A DNA stretch of 64,000 bases from Gammaproteobacteria bacterium (GCA_027021445.1 JALUUH010000235.1:7646-71645), one strand, 5' to 3'. Positions 48,417-59,717 are shown, numbered from the stretch's first letter. Program-made: numbers and translations. Notes: generated from the sequence alone by a model not told the origin.

Positions 48417-50231
48417 ATGCGTAATTCCGTTGGTAATTTTGGAATATGGGTAGATATGGCTTGGAGGTTTAAAGCTAAAGTTAAGTTAATAACTTTGAAA
48501 TGTTTGATTTCAATGGTTTTACTTTGCTGTGGCACAGCTTTTAGTGCAACGAGTGCAAATATTAAGTATCCAAAATTTCAAGCGGAAGAGGGCAAGGTGA
48601 TCATTAGATTTACTGATCTCAAAGAAGCTCAGGAAATTTTTGCGGGATTGCTCGCGAATGAGCAGAAAGTAGTAATGCGTCAACAGGATATTATTGTACA
48701 GCTTAAGACCTTGAGTTTGGGCTTATACCTAAAAAGAAAAGTGGCTAATGCAGTCATTAAACAGTTGCAAAAAGCGGGAATTGATGCGTATTTGCGTAAA
48801 ACAGAGTCTGGCCCAGGTTTTTGGGTTCATGCGGGGGCCATGTACGAAGATGTATATTATTGGCATCGACATGATGAGCTTGCTCGCCTGGGGTTTTCGG
48901 ACATTCGAACATCGCAGAAGCCGCATCGAATTACCGAGTATCTTATTGTGGCGCTGCCATTGACCTTAAGTGATCAATTAGTCCGTTCAAAGCGCCTGTT
49001 TAATGGCTATTTAAAAGGTGAGTTTAGCGGCTGGGGCCAGGAAAACGGGTTGAATACAGCGAGTTATTTTACGGCAACTCTTGGGCATTTATCGGCGTTA
49101 AGCGAGCGCACGAATTTGAGTTATGGTTTGCGTATGGATACTTTTGAGCAATCCGGCGAACTTGATGTTCAACAGACAAGGTTTGATTATACTCCGACGT
49201 TTGTCCAGCATATCCAGGATACAAACCGCTGGACGGCTGGCACCCAGTTAGTTTCTTGGGGGACAGGAAAGCATGATTCACTGAGTGATCGTTTGAGTGT
49301 TAAAGATTTAACCCGATACCGTTTAGATGAAAACATTCTTGCGCGCAGACGTTCATCGCTAAATTTGCGTTGGGAGTTAATCGTCGCTAATTATCAGGCC
49401 GACCTGTTGTGGATGCCGCTATTTAGACCGGCGGTATTACCCGATGAAGCCAGTATCTGGCATCCTCTGAGCCGTAGCGATGGCCGTATTATGGATATTG
49501 AAACACCTGAATCTCTCAAATATTTAGTGAAAAATGGGACGCGCGAGCAGGAGAAGAAGAAACTTCAGCATGGTGGCCTAGGCATTAAGTTTAGTCGAGA
49601 ATTAACCTATGCATATCATGCGTTTACATTTCAGTATGCGCGAAGATCAAGTCCCTATTATCGGGTTAATCAGCAAATTATCGATGCTTTATCGGCGGGC
49701 AGTGATGCCCCAACAGCGTTAGTTGGAACTTCCGGGAGTACCTTAATACCTATGCACCCCGGTAGCTGGGTTCTTAGTTTTGAAGAAGGTACGCGTTATT
49801 GGATGTTTGAAACGGCATTTGTGAGTGATGCTCCAATTACCAAGGTTGATTATAGTTATGCGACGGCGATTGCGCTTGAGTGGCTGATTCAAGCTAATTT
49901 TCAAACTAGTTTAGCAAGAACCGATTTAACTATTCAGTTTTCGGGTCGGCAATTAGGGAGTAATGAGGCTTTGCTTGATCGCAAGACACGTTTGCGTGTT
50001 TCGGGGGAGCTTGTTTCGCGCTCAATGAGCAACCGTTGGAAATACGGTGTAAATTATATTGTGGGTCTTGATAAATACGAGTTTTTTCTTAATCCCTACG
50101 TGGGTTTTAATGGTAACAGGTATATTTCATTTGCGCTCAAAGGCTATGTGTTTGCGGGCGAAGAAAATTCTGAATTTGGCTATTTTCGTAATCGCTCGTT
50201 AGTGACCTTAAGTTGGAGTGCTTTTTTCTAA
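48417..50231 (+). CDS. Outer-membrane beta-barrel protein with an N-terminal SPOR-like region
   Basis: LSLGLY...A....QL...GIDAY SPOR-like motif; G.Q.VSWG; ends LSWSAFF; start may be 48456. Confidence 0.7.
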   Translation: MRNSVGNFGIWVDMAWRFKAKVKLITLKCLISMVLLCCGTAFSATSANIKYPKFQAEEGKVIIRFTDLKEAQEIFAGLLANEQKVVMRQQDIIVQLKTLSLGLYLKRKVANAVIKQLQKAGIDAYLRKTESGPGFWVHAGAMYEDVYYWHRHDELARLGFSDIRTSQKPHRITEYLIVALPLTLSDQLVRSKRLFNGYLKGEFSGWGQENGLNTASYFTATLGHLSALSERTNLSYGLRMDTFEQSGELDVQQTRFDYTPTFVQHIQDTNRWTAGTQLVSWGTGKHDSLSDRLSVKDLTRYRLDENILARRRSSLNLRWELIVANYQADLLWMPLFRPAVLPDEASIWHPLSRSDGRIMDIETPESLKYLVKNGTREQEKKKLQHGGLGIKFSRELTYAYHAFTFQYARRSSPYYRVNQQIIDALSAGSDAPTALVGTSGSTLIPMHPGSWVLSFEEGTRYWMFETAFVSDAPITKVDYSYATAIALEWLIQANFQTSLARTDLTIQFSGRQLGSNEALLDRKTRLRVSGELVSRSMSNRWKYGVNYIVGLDKYEFFLNPYVGFNGNRYISFALKGYVFAGEENSEFGYFRNRSLVTLSWSAFF

Positions 50232-50577
50232 ATACGGGGTAATTCTGTACTTGTCTCTTTTTGGACGTAAATTTTCTCTATACGTATTCCCAAAGTATTG
50301 AAAATTCGAATTAATCGAGTTTGCAAAAGTGATAAAATTCCGGTTAAGTAGAGCGGTATAAGTTCTCCCTAATTATTTGCCCAATATGGTATATCTTGGC
50401 ATTAAGCCTGGCTAGTTAATGACTGGCATTATCTTCTGTAAGTAAGTCATTGATAGTAATGTTTATTTTGCCGCAAAGGGAGGGTTGTTTTTTAACCAAA
50501 AAAGGACAAGAGTGTTGAAAAATTCTACAAAAGCGCGTATAATAACAAGATTAAATCTGGCTAAGTTACCGTTATCT

Positions 50578-53118
50578 ATGAAAACAAAAGCCCATTTCCT
50601 GATTGTTGCGTTTCTGGTTTCTCTTTTGTCTGCGTGTGGCGGTGGCGGGGATATTTTTGGCTTAAAAGACAAGACTGATTATACCGCACCAGTCATCGCT
50701 AAGATTGAACCCGCAGACCTCGTAAATACCAAAACCTTACCGCCGTCTACTACCCAAATTTCAGTCGAATTCAGTGAATCAATCAATGGAACTGAAGCAC
50801 TTGCTTCTGGTGGATTGACCGTCGAACCGAAATTGCCGGGGTCATGGGTTTATGATGATAGTGAGTATAAATTAAAATTTACTTTCGAAAAGACGGCGGG
50901 TGATTTACCAGTAGATACTACTTATAAAATAACGTTAAAGACGTCGATCCAAGACCTTGAAGGGAATACGCTGGTTTCGCCGAAAACTATTGAGTTCTCT
51001 ACACCACAAAGTTACCGCGTAAAAGGGATTATTAACAACCTTAAAGGATCGCTAAAATTAGTCGACCAGGACGGTGTTGAGCAAACCGTGACTGGCGACG
51101 GCTCCGCTGAGAGCATTGATTTTGAGTTTTCTACGTCATTGGTGCCGAAGAGCCCTTATAAGATTGAACTCATTCAGTTTGCGGATACCACCGGCTTTTG
51201 TGCGTCAAATAAACTTGAAGGTGTTGTTGCAGACAATGATCCTTTCATCACTATTTCTTGTAGCGATATTCAAGCCTCTAAAGCGGAAGCTGCAAATTGG
51301 AACTCTTATTACAGCACTGTTGAGAGCGGTAAAAATTGTTCTGAAACTGAAACAACATTACATTGCGCACATGGTGGGGAGCTGCGTCAGTTTGAACTAC
51401 CTGATTCCGTAAATAGCTGTGATGGCATATCGGTAACGGATAATCAAGGTGCTTTTAATTGGGTATGCTCAGAAGAAGCCGGACTCGTGACGGTATCGAG
51501 CACCGGTCTTGCTGATGGAAAAGGATTGACCGATTTGATTGATTTTCAACGTGTAAGCTGGAAGCTAATGCGGCTCATTATTATTGAAAATGGAAACACA
51601 ACTTCCATAGGTGATGCGACTGCTGGCCTCTGGTGGAATAACCCAATTAAGGTCGCCGGGCTTGGTTCCACACTGGATGTAGCTGGAGCCATCTATATTA
51701 TCAAGGAATCCACCGGATCGAATTATTTGATTAAGGCCGATGGCATCGCGTTAGTGACGGCCCCCGGAGTCACTCAGCGAGTGGGTTTTTTCACGAATAG
51801 GAATGCGATTGAAGTTGCTGGGGCGAGTTATACCTGGATCGAAGGAGTATATAAAAATGTTGGCCGCAATCAGAACGGTCTAGTGATTAGGAGTACTGAC
51901 TTGTTTGCAAGGCTTAATGTCGTTAATAATTTTCAGATGACATATACCGCAGAATCTCTGATATGGCTAAGTAATGCCTATGTGACAACGATTAAGAACA
52001 CACGTGTCGAGGACAGTACAAAATATGGTATCAAGATCGACAATAATCCTGCTCTTAAAGCGGTCTATGATAATGCCACGGCATTATTTAATGTGAATGA
52101 AATATTTAATGTTGTCACTAATACGCATGTACTGGATGCTGACGAGGCGGGTTATTTTATCAACGGTAACTTTAACAAATTCACTGATATTGTGGCCAGC
52201 TGGAATGATGGCGACGGGATTCGTATTACGGGCATTCATAATATTTTGTCGGATGTAGCGAGTTTTAATAATCTTGGGCATGGGCTGTCTTTGAACTCAG
52301 CGCAGAATAATATTTTATTAAATATTTATACTTCATCTAATGATAGTGCAGGAATTGCATTTTTGAGCAAATCAATCGGCGGCGGGACGACCCAAGCTAC
52401 TTACAATTTTATTTCTAATTTGACCAGTGTTAATAATTTCTTGCAAGGTGTTTATTTTGATGCGGCCAGTGATTCTGATACCAATACCTTGAATAACATT
52501 GTTGCCGCTTATAATCCTGATAATTGCTTTGAAGAGTCTCCTTCTGGTCGTTGCAGTGATGTGACTCTGGTTTCCGCTGTTGATGCGCCCATCACTGAAA
52601 CTTTTATTCATGATATTAGCGGTCAACAGTCTATTCAGCAAGAAGAGCGTCCAGCGCTTATCAGTCAAGCGTGGGGGGAGTATGAGGGTGGACTATCTAT
52701 TAAACGCAAAGGTGCTTGCTCCTATACTCCAATAAGCTCAGGTATATGTACTCTAATGGACTGGCGTGTACCTTCCATGAGTGCCAGTGTGTTACATAGC
52801 AAAAACGCAATACCAGCGGACATGGCTGTGCATACACGCCTCAGTGGCACCGAGACGAATAACTCAGAGACGACTGATAATGGCGAAGCTTACATGCCTG
52901 CCCCTTATCTGGAAAACGCAGTAGAAATTGTTTCAGATAACGTCGGGAATGATAATGGGCTTTGCGAAAACTTTGAAGTATGTTTGTATACGCCGAATTT
53001 AGGTGCGTATCAAGGCGATGGTGAGCTTGTTGAAGTGCCAGGGTTTACGCCGCCTGTTGATAACGACAATATTATCTTATTACAACGTGCTGATAATGGG
53101 GTGGTTGTGACTCCGTAA
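50578..53118 (+). CDS. Large surface lipoprotein: Ig-like domains plus right-handed beta-helix
   Basis: Lipobox LSACGGGG, D.TAP...FSE.I...DLEGN.L Ig-like domain, N..GI repeats, Cys-rich C-terminus. Confidence 0.85.
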   Translation: MKTKAHFLIVAFLVSLLSACGGGGDIFGLKDKTDYTAPVIAKIEPADLVNTKTLPPSTTQISVEFSESINGTEALASGGLTVEPKLPGSWVYDDSEYKLKFTFEKTAGDLPVDTTYKITLKTSIQDLEGNTLVSPKTIEFSTPQSYRVKGIINNLKGSLKLVDQDGVEQTVTGDGSAESIDFEFSTSLVPKSPYKIELIQFADTTGFCASNKLEGVVADNDPFITISCSDIQASKAEAANWNSYYSTVESGKNCSETETTLHCAHGGELRQFELPDSVNSCDGISVTDNQGAFNWVCSEEAGLVTVSSTGLADGKGLTDLIDFQRVSWKLMRLIIIENGNTTSIGDATAGLWWNNPIKVAGLGSTLDVAGAIYIIKESTGSNYLIKADGIALVTAPGVTQRVGFFTNRNAIEVAGASYTWIEGVYKNVGRNQNGLVIRSTDLFARLNVVNNFQMTYTAESLIWLSNAYVTTIKNTRVEDSTKYGIKIDNNPALKAVYDNATALFNVNEIFNVVTNTHVLDADEAGYFINGNFNKFTDIVASWNDGDGIRITGIHNILSDVASFNNLGHGLSLNSAQNNILLNIYTSSNDSAGIAFLSKSIGGGTTQATYNFISNLTSVNNFLQGVYFDAASDSDTNTLNNIVAAYNPDNCFEESPSGRCSDVTLVSAVDAPITETFIHDISGQQSIQQEERPALISQAWGEYEGGLSIKRKGACSYTPISSGICTLMDWRVPSMSASVLHSKNAIPADMAVHTRLSGTETNNSETTDNGEAYMPAPYLENAVEIVSDNVGNDNGLCENFEVCLYTPNLGAYQGDGELVEVPGFTPPVDNDNIILLQRADNGVVVTP

Positions 53119-53143
53119 CACACTTGTTGTATCTTGCTTTATC

Positions 53144-53218
53144 CTAGGAGCCTGTCCGAGAATAGCGATCGGGGTAGAGCGTGCGTAACGTATCACACTG
53201 TTCTCAGGCAGTTGCTAC
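53144..53218. repeat. MITE-like element of the CTAG family
   Basis: CTAGGAGCCTGTCCGAGAATAG left arm and CTGTTCTCAGGCAG degenerate right arm. Confidence 0.7.
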
Positions 53219-53418
53219 TGGTCTCTTTCCTCTATCCAAGCCATTTGAATGGCTTCAAGGATTTTTTCGCCTGATCGTTGTGGATCGTCATCAAACCCTT
53301 CTAGTTCACAAACCCATGTATGTAGGTCTGTAAAGCGAATAAGTTGTGGGTCGATGTCGGGATGTTTTTCATCCAGTGCAATGGCGATGTCTAAGCTGTC
53401 TGTCCATTTGATTTTCAT
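53215..53418 (-). CDS. iscX: Fe-S cluster assembly protein IscX
   Basis: KWTDS.DIAI.L, RFTDL, EKILEAIQMAW. Confidence 0.95.
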   Translation of the reverse strand: MKIKWTDSLDIAIALDEKHPDIDPQLIRFTDLHTWVCELEGFDDDPQRSGEKILEAIQMAWIEERDQ

Positions 53419-53449
53419 CTGTATTTTCCTGGCTTATATAGTCTTTGGG

Positions 53450-53785
53450 TTATTTCTCTGAAACCATGTTGATCGTATACTTAGGGATTTCAACAACTAA
53501 ATCTGTTTCGTCGACCAGAGCTTGGCAGCTTAAGCGCGAATCAGGTTCTAGTCCCCAGGCCTTGTCTAATAAGTCATCTTCTTCTTCGGTGGCATCTTTA
53601 AGAGAATCTAAGCCTTCCCGTATATAAACGTGACACGTAGTACAGGCACATGATTTTTCACAAGCGTGTTCAATGTTAACACCGGCTTCTAGCAAAGCAT
53701 CGCAAATGCTTTCACCTTTGGTGACTTCGGTTACTACACCTTCTGGGCATAATTCTTCGTGAGGTAAAATAATAATTTGTGGCAT
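53450..53785 (-). CDS. fdx: ISC system 2Fe-2S ferredoxin
   Basis: HACEKSCACTTCH and SRLSCQ motifs. Confidence 0.97.
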   Translation of the reverse strand: MPQIIILPHEELCPEGVVTEVTKGESICDALLEAGVNIEHACEKSCACTTCHVYIREGLDSLKDATEEEDDLLDKAWGLEPDSRLSCQALVDETDLVVEIPKYTINMVSEK

Positions 53786-53794
53786 TAATGGACC

Positions 53795-55672
53795 TTAAAT
53801 ATTTATATCATTGACATTGTGGCCGGTGAGCGCTTGCTGAATATTCTTATTCATGCGGCGTTCGACGTAAAAACTAGCAACTTGTTCGACATTTTTGATT
53901 GCTTTTTTTATTATTGCGGAGTCGCTGTCTTCCATGCAAGCGCGTAATTGATCAACGGCAGCATCAATTTTAGTTCTTTCTTCAGCATTTAGATGGGTGT
54001 CTGCATCTTCCAATAGCGCAGCTTCAATGGCTTCGAGTTCTCGTTTTGCGGCGACTTGTTGTTCGCGGAGTTTTCTCATGCCTAGGTCTTCGGCGGCGTG
54101 TTTTATCGAAGAGCGTAACATGTTTTCAATTTCATCAGATTCTAAGCCATAAGATGGTTTGACCGTAATCTGGCTCTCTACTCCGCTGATAGTTTCTCTA
54201 GCAGAAACATTTAATAATCCGTCTGCATCGATCTGAAATGTAACCCGTATTTTAGCAGCACCTGCAACCATAGGCGGTATCCCGTGTAGTTCGAAGCGAG
54301 CTAATGATCTGCAATCATCAACAAGTTCGCGTTCACCTTGTACTACATGTATCGCTAATGCAGTTTGACCCTCTTTAAATGTTGTGAATTCTTGTGCGCG
54401 AGCAACGGGTAAAGTCGTGTTACGCGAAATTATTTTTTCAACCAGGCCTCCCATTGTTTCTATGCCTAATGATAGTGGGTTGACGTCTAGTAGTAACATA
54501 TCGGAATCAGGTTTATTGCCAGCTAAAATATCAGCTTGGATGGCGGCACCTAGCGCAACGACTTTATCGGGGTCAATATCAACATGTATCTGTTGTTCAA
54601 AAAAATCAGTTACGAGTTGGCGTACTAGTGGTATTCGAGTAGAACCACCCACCATAACCACATTTTTTATTTCTGTTTTATTGATATTTGCGTCACGGAT
54701 GGCCTGCCGACAGGGTGAAATCGTTTTTTTTACTAATGGCTCCACGATTTCATTAAACTTATTTCGAGTTAGGATTATTGTGCCTTTAAACGCCTGATCA
54801 ATATCCAAATCGATTGCAACTTTGTTTTCCTGGGTTAGTTTTTCTTTTGCGTATTTGGCTTTATTGTATATATATCTTAGTGTGGATTTGTCTAGCTCAA
54901 ATTGAATGTCTAATTTTTTTGTTATCCAGTTTGCGATAAGTAAGTCGAGATCGTCACCGCCAAGCTGAGTGTCTCCAGCAGTAGCTAATACTTCAAAGAC
55001 GCCTTTGTTAAGCTGTAGGATTGAGACATCAAAAGTACCACCGCCAAAATCATATACGACTATGGCACCTTCGGACTCTGCATCCAGACCATAAGCGATA
55101 GCAGCAGCAGTGGGTTCATTGAGCAGGCGAAAGACCTTTAGGTTGGCGAGCGTTGCGGCATCTTTAGTTGCTTGACGCTGGGCATCATCAAAATAAGCGG
55201 GAACGGTAATTACAACGCCCGATAGTTCATCACCCAAGGTTTTTTCAGCACGGTTTTTTAGGTTTTTTAATATTTCGCTGGCTACTTCAATAGGGCTTAT
55301 TTCCCCTGCAACGGTGAGAATCTTAGCCGTGCCAGTTTCTGTATGGCTAAATTCATTGGTATGGTTTTTATCGGTTTGTATGAGTTCTTTAGTGCTTCTT
55401 CCGATAATTCGCTTTGATGAAATAATCGTGTTCTTTGGATCTTCTATACTATGGCTTAGGGCTTTTTCACCCGTTTGAATTTCGCCATTACTGAGGTAGC
55501 GTACAACCGATGGTAATAACTCTTTTTTGCTTTCGTCAGCTAAGGTTTCCGCTTTTCCGTTTCTAACCGTAGCGACTAAGGAATTGGTTGTGCCTAAGTC
55601 AATTCCTGCAGCAAATCGGCGTTGATGGGGCGTGGTGGATTGTCCGGGTTCTGAAATTTGTAATAATGCCAT
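53795..55672 (-). CDS. hscA: Fe-S chaperone HscA
   Basis: [10 protein letters not shown] start, Hsp70 motifs, synteny. Confidence 0.97.
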   Translation of the reverse strand: MALLQISEPGQSTTPHQRRFAAGIDLGTTNSLVATVRNGKAETLADESKKELLPSVVRYLSNGEIQTGEKALSHSIEDPKNTIISSKRIIGRSTKELIQTDKNHTNEFSHTETGTAKILTVAGEISPIEVASEILKNLKNRAEKTLGDELSGVVITVPAYFDDAQRQATKDAATLANLKVFRLLNEPTAAAIAYGLDAESEGAIVVYDFGGGTFDVSILQLNKGVFEVLATAGDTQLGGDDLDLLIANWITKKLDIQFELDKSTLRYIYNKAKYAKEKLTQENKVAIDLDIDQAFKGTIILTRNKFNEIVEPLVKKTISPCRQAIRDANINKTEIKNVVMVGGSTRIPLVRQLVTDFFEQQIHVDIDPDKVVALGAAIQADILAGNKPDSDMLLLDVNPLSLGIETMGGLVEKIISRNTTLPVARAQEFTTFKEGQTALAIHVVQGERELVDDCRSLARFELHGIPPMVAGAAKIRVTFQIDADGLLNVSARETISGVESQITVKPSYGLESDEIENMLRSSIKHAAEDLGMRKLREQQVAAKRELEAIEAALLEDADTHLNAEERTKIDAAVDQLRACMEDSDSAIIKKAIKNVEQVASFYVERRMNKNIQQALTGHNVNDINI

Positions 55673-55706
55673 TAATCATTCACTTTATGTTCATAACGAA
55701 ATAAAT

Positions 55707-56243
55707 TCAAAGGTCGAGTTGAGATTCTATTTGCCTAGCTTCTTCTTGTAATTTTATAAAAAATTGAAGCTGCCTGACTTTGTCTGCCGCTGCTTCATAT
55801 TCTTTTTTACTTTCTTTTGATAGCTTAAGCGCGATGTCTGATATTAATTGGTTTTTCTTGCTTTCAATTTTGCTAAAAATATCATCGAGCAGCTTAATGG
55901 GGCTATCAGCGTGTTGAATTTCGGAGAGTGCTTCACGCAATTCCATTTGCTCCATTAAAAAATCAGGAGCCATTAAGGTGGTGCTTTGTTGCTCATCTAA
56001 AAGGATGCCGTGTAGAGAAAGCATATATTTTGCACGGGGCAACGGTGTTTTTAAAACCTGGTATGCCTCATTTACCAGCGCTGCTTTGTGAACCGATAGC
56101 AGACGTTCTTTTTCGGCAGCGTTTGTATATTTGTCGGGGTGAATTTGCGACTGCAAAGCACGATAGCGTGCTGTTAAGTCGGCTCCATTGATTTCGAATT
56201 GCACTTTTAATCCAAAGAGCTCAAAAAAATTATCATCTTTCAT
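55707..56243 (-). CDS. hscB: Co-chaperone HscB
   Basis: HPD J-domain, FLMEQMELRE. Confidence 0.95.
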   Translation of the reverse strand: MKDDNFFELFGLKVQFEINGADLTARYRALQSQIHPDKYTNAAEKERLLSVHKAALVNEAYQVLKTPLPRAKYMLSLHGILLDEQQSTTLMAPDFLMEQMELREALSEIQHADSPIKLLDDIFSKIESKKNQLISDIALKLSKESKKEYEAAADKVRQLQFFIKLQEEARQIESQLDL

Positions 56244-56276
56244 AACGGTGGTGTTGGCATTTAATTTCGGCGTGCG

Positions 56277-56600
56277 TTATACGGTAAAACTTTCACCACA
56301 ACCGCATTCTGCGTCAACATTAGGGTTGTTGAATTTAAAACCCTCGTTGAGTCCTTCTTTGGTAAAATCAAGTTCAGTTCCATCTAGATAGATTAGACTT
56401 TTATTATCAACAATTACGGTCACTCCATGGTCAACAAAAGTGACATCGGTGTCTTCAATCGTATCTGCAAATTCGATGACATACGCCATGCCCGAGCAAC
56501 CACTGGGTTTTACGCCTAATCGAAGGCCTTCACCTTTGCCTCTGTTTTTCAAAAATTCTGCAACTCTGTTGGCTGCAGTTGGGGTTAATGTAATTGCCAT
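56277..56600 (-). CDS. iscA: Fe-S assembly protein IscA
   Basis: GCSGMAY and CGCGESF motifs. Confidence 0.97.
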   Translation of the reverse strand: MAITLTPTAANRVAEFLKNRGKGEGLRLGVKPSGCSGMAYVIEFADTIEDTDVTFVDHGVTVIVDNKSLIYLDGTELDFTKEGLNEGFKFNNPNVDAECGCGESFTV

Positions 56601-56615
56601 ATCGTTACCTGATTT

Positions 56616-57830
56616 TTAATGTGCAGCCCATTGCACGGTGTTGAGATCGATTCCTTCTTTATGCATTTCCCATAAAGGTGATAATTCGCGTAATTTATCA
56701 ACCTTGGTTTTCATTAGTTGGATGGTGTAGTCAATTTCTTCTTCGGTGGTAAAGCGTCCTATTGTGAATCTGATCGAGCTATGGGCTAGCTCGTCATTTC
56801 TGCCTATAGCACGTAATACGTATGAAGGTTCTAGACTTGCTGATGTACAAGCGGAGCCTGAGGACACGGCAATATCTTTAACCGCCATAATTAGGGATTC
56901 GCCTTCGATAAAATTAAAGCTAATATTTAGGTTCCCGGCGATACGGTTTTTCATGTCACCATTAACGTATATTTCTTCCATATCCTCTAAACCGTTAAGG
57001 AGTCGGTCGCGTAACATACGGATGCGTTCATTTTCTGTGGCCATTTCGTTCTTGGCGATGTGGAATGCTTCTCCCATACCAACAATTTGATGCACTGCAA
57101 GTGTGCCAGAGCGCATACCGCGTTCGTGTCCACCTCCATGCATTTGCGCTTCGATTCTAACGCGTGGTTTTCTGCGTACATATAAAGCGCCCATTCCTTT
57201 TGGGCCATAAGCTTTGTGTGCAGAAAATGACATTAAATCTACTTTCATTGCTTGCAAATCAATCGCTACTTTTCCAGCGCTTTGTGCTGCATCAACATGG
57301 AGCAAAACGCCTTTAGAGCGCGTAAGTTCGCCAATAGCGGTTATATTTTGGATGACACCTATTTCATTGTTTACGTGCATTATGGATACTAAAGTGGTGT
57401 CTTCCCTTATAGCGTTCTGCAGCTTTTTAATATCAATCAGTCCATTTGTTAAAGGCTCAAGATAAGTGACTTCAAAGCCTTCGCGTTCAAGCTGGCGGCA
57501 GCTATCTAATACCGCTTTATGTTCTGTTTTATAGGTAATGATGTGCTTGCCTTTTTTTTGATAAAAATGAGCAGCACCTTTAATCGCAAGATTGTCAGAT
57601 TCGGTGGCCCCGGATGTCCAAACAATTTCTTTCGGGTCGGCATTAATTAGGTTTGCGACTTGTGTACGTGCGAGCTTTATCGCTTTATCGGCTTTCCATC
57701 CAAATTCGTGAGAACGTGATGCAGGATTACCAAAGTGATGATCAACTGTTAAGTATTCACTCATTTTATCGGCGACACGCTTATCGATCGGTGTCGTTGC
57801 AGAATAATCTAGATATATTGGCAATTTCAT
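56616..57830 (-). CDS. iscS: Cysteine desulfurase IscS
   Basis: [33 protein letters not shown]-terminal WAAH. Confidence 0.98.
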   Translation of the reverse strand: MKLPIYLDYSATTPIDKRVADKMSEYLTVDHHFGNPASRSHEFGWKADKAIKLARTQVANLINADPKEIVWTSGATESDNLAIKGAAHFYQKKGKHIITYKTEHKAVLDSCRQLEREGFEVTYLEPLTNGLIDIKKLQNAIREDTTLVSIMHVNNEIGVIQNITAIGELTRSKGVLLHVDAAQSAGKVAIDLQAMKVDLMSFSAHKAYGPKGMGALYVRRKPRVRIEAQMHGGGHERGMRSGTLAVHQIVGMGEAFHIAKNEMATENERIRMLRDRLLNGLEDMEEIYVNGDMKNRIAGNLNISFNFIEGESLIMAVKDIAVSSGSACTSASLEPSYVLRAIGRNDELAHSSIRFTIGRFTTEEEIDYTIQLMKTKVDKLRELSPLWEMHKEGIDLNTVQWAAH

Positions 57831-57853
57831 TCAGGACTCCATCCAATGCTATT

Positions 57854-59002
57854 TTATACTTCTGCTGTCAGAGATATGGATCTCAGTACAGCCATTTTTT
57901 TTTGTAATATTTCTATAAACTTATCGATTTCAGCGTCGGTGTTATGCTTGCTTAGGCTGATTCTTATCGCTCCGCGGGCATATTCTTCATCAACGCCCAT
58001 TGCAAGTAAGACATGACTGGGTTTCTCTGACATGCTTGAGCAAGCAGAGCCACTCGCAACCGCAATTCCCTCAGTATCAAGCGCCATTAACATTGACTCT
58101 CCGTCAATGCCCTCAAGGGCAAAAAAACTAGTATTTGGCAGTCTTTTTTCGTGCTTAGAAAAAATCTTGATTCCGGGGATTTTCTCGAGTTTATTTTCCA
58201 GGCGCTTTTGCAAAAGTAGGCAATGCTGGGTGGAATCAATACTTTCGTTAAAAGTGATTTCAGCGGCCTGTCCAAATCCTACAATTCCTGCCACATTCTC
58301 GGTGCCTGATCTATAGCCGCGCTCTTGTTTTCCGCCGTGGATTAAAGGGCTGGGGTCAATTAATTTATCTATAATCAAGGCGCCTACACCTTTGGGGCCA
58401 TGTATTTTATGTGCAGATATGCTCATGCTATGGCATAAGCTGGTGCTAAAATCAGCGTTTATTTTACCAATCGCTTGTACGGCATCACAGTGAAAATAAC
58501 CACCTGCTTGCCTTATTTTGTCGGCAAAATAAGGAATATCTTGGATTACACCTGTTTCATTATTCGCCCACATAATCGATGTCAGCGTATTTTTTGCCCA
58601 TGCCATATCGGAAAATATTGCGGTGTCTACCAAGCCAGTGGGAGTAACCGGCAGTACCTTGGATGCAATGTTGCTTTTGGCAAGGCTTTTAATTGTCTCA
58701 ATTATTGAGGCGTGTTCGATTGCACTGTAGTAAAAATTTTGGATCAGTGAATTTTCGAATGCATGTTTTACTGCCCAGTTATTAGCCTCTGTTCCGCCGC
58801 TAGTGAAAATGATTTGCGCGGGCTGTACATTCATTAACTGGGCGACTTGCTCGCGGGCGATATCTATCGCCTGTCTCGCTTCGCGTCCTAAAGTGTAAAT
58901 TTCAGACGGGTTGCCATATTGTTGTTGAAGATAGGGCAGCATCGCAGCCAGCACTCGCTCATCTAGCAAGGTTGTCGCATTGTTATCCAGGTAAATAGCC
59001 AT
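57854..59002 (-). CDS. Second group I cysteine desulfurase (NifS/IscS family)
   Basis: YLDNNATT, SAHKIHGPKG, RSGTEN, ASGSAC motifs. Confidence 0.92.
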   Translation of the reverse strand: MAIYLDNNATTLLDERVLAAMLPYLQQQYGNPSEIYTLGREARQAIDIAREQVAQLMNVQPAQIIFTSGGTEANNWAVKHAFENSLIQNFYYSAIEHASIIETIKSLAKSNIASKVLPVTPTGLVDTAIFSDMAWAKNTLTSIMWANNETGVIQDIPYFADKIRQAGGYFHCDAVQAIGKINADFSTSLCHSMSISAHKIHGPKGVGALIIDKLIDPSPLIHGGKQERGYRSGTENVAGIVGFGQAAEITFNESIDSTQHCLLLQKRLENKLEKIPGIKIFSKHEKRLPNTSFFALEGIDGESMLMALDTEGIAVASGSACSSMSEKPSHVLLAMGVDEEYARGAIRISLSKHNTDAEIDKFIEILQKKMAVLRSISLTAEV

Positions 59003-59061
59003 CTTACAAATAAAACATCATCAAACAATTACTCTTACACATGCTTGATATGGAAATTATA

Positions 59062-59580
59062 TTAGGCGGTTACTTCTGTTCTACCAGGCGATTGTATTCC
59101 GCTCTGATCGACAGTGGTTTCTTCGTTCGTTGTTCCACTGCGAGCTTCTTCTTGTTGACGTAATGCAACTTCTTGAATTTGGCGGTTATCTACTAGGTTT
59201 CCTAAGGTGATTCCGCTTAGGAAGTCATATATTCTGCAGCTGAGGTCCTGCCAGAGTTCATGGGTCAAACAAGGTCCGCCATTATCGCAATCGCCGCGAC
59301 CATCACACTTGGTGACGTCTATTTTTTCATCGACTGCGGTAATAACAGATGCTATTGCAATTTCTGCTGCATCACGACTAAGACGATAGCCGCCACCTGG
59401 GCCTCGCGCACTATCCACTAGGCCATTTTTGCGTAATTTGGAAAAAAGTTGTTCTAAGTAGGACAGAGAAATACCTTGTCGTTTTGATATTTCAGAAAGC
59501 GTAATTGGGCCACCAGAACTATTGATGGCTAAATCGAGCATGGCAGTTACGGCATAACGTCCCTTTGTAGTAAGTCTCAT
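59062..59580 (-). CDS. iscR: Fe-S cluster assembly regulator IscR
   Basis: [21 protein letters not shown], three Cys plus His ligands (C-x5-C-x5-CLTH). Confidence 0.97.
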   Translation of the reverse strand: MRLTTKGRYAVTAMLDLAINSSGGPITLSEISKRQGISLSYLEQLFSKLRKNGLVDSARGPGGGYRLSRDAAEIAIASVITAVDEKIDVTKCDGRGDCDNGGPCLTHELWQDLSCRIYDFLSGITLGNLVDNRQIQEVALRQQEEARSGTTNEETTVDQSGIQSPGRTEVTA

Positions 59581-59692
59581 AATAGGCACCTTTCGTTATA
59601 GATTTTTATAGTAATTGGGCACCTCGAGCGAGTTGATTTTTCACTTAATTGCTCGTGGTATCCGTATAGTTGCATTAGTATCAAAATTTTAC

Positions 59693-59717
59693 AAGACTTA
59701 GTATATTTGTCAACTTT
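59693..59717 (-). promoter_or_regulatory. Putative IscR binding site overlapping a -35 element
   Basis: AAAGTTGACAAATATACTAAGTCTT on minus resembles IscR autoregulatory sites. Confidence 0.55.
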
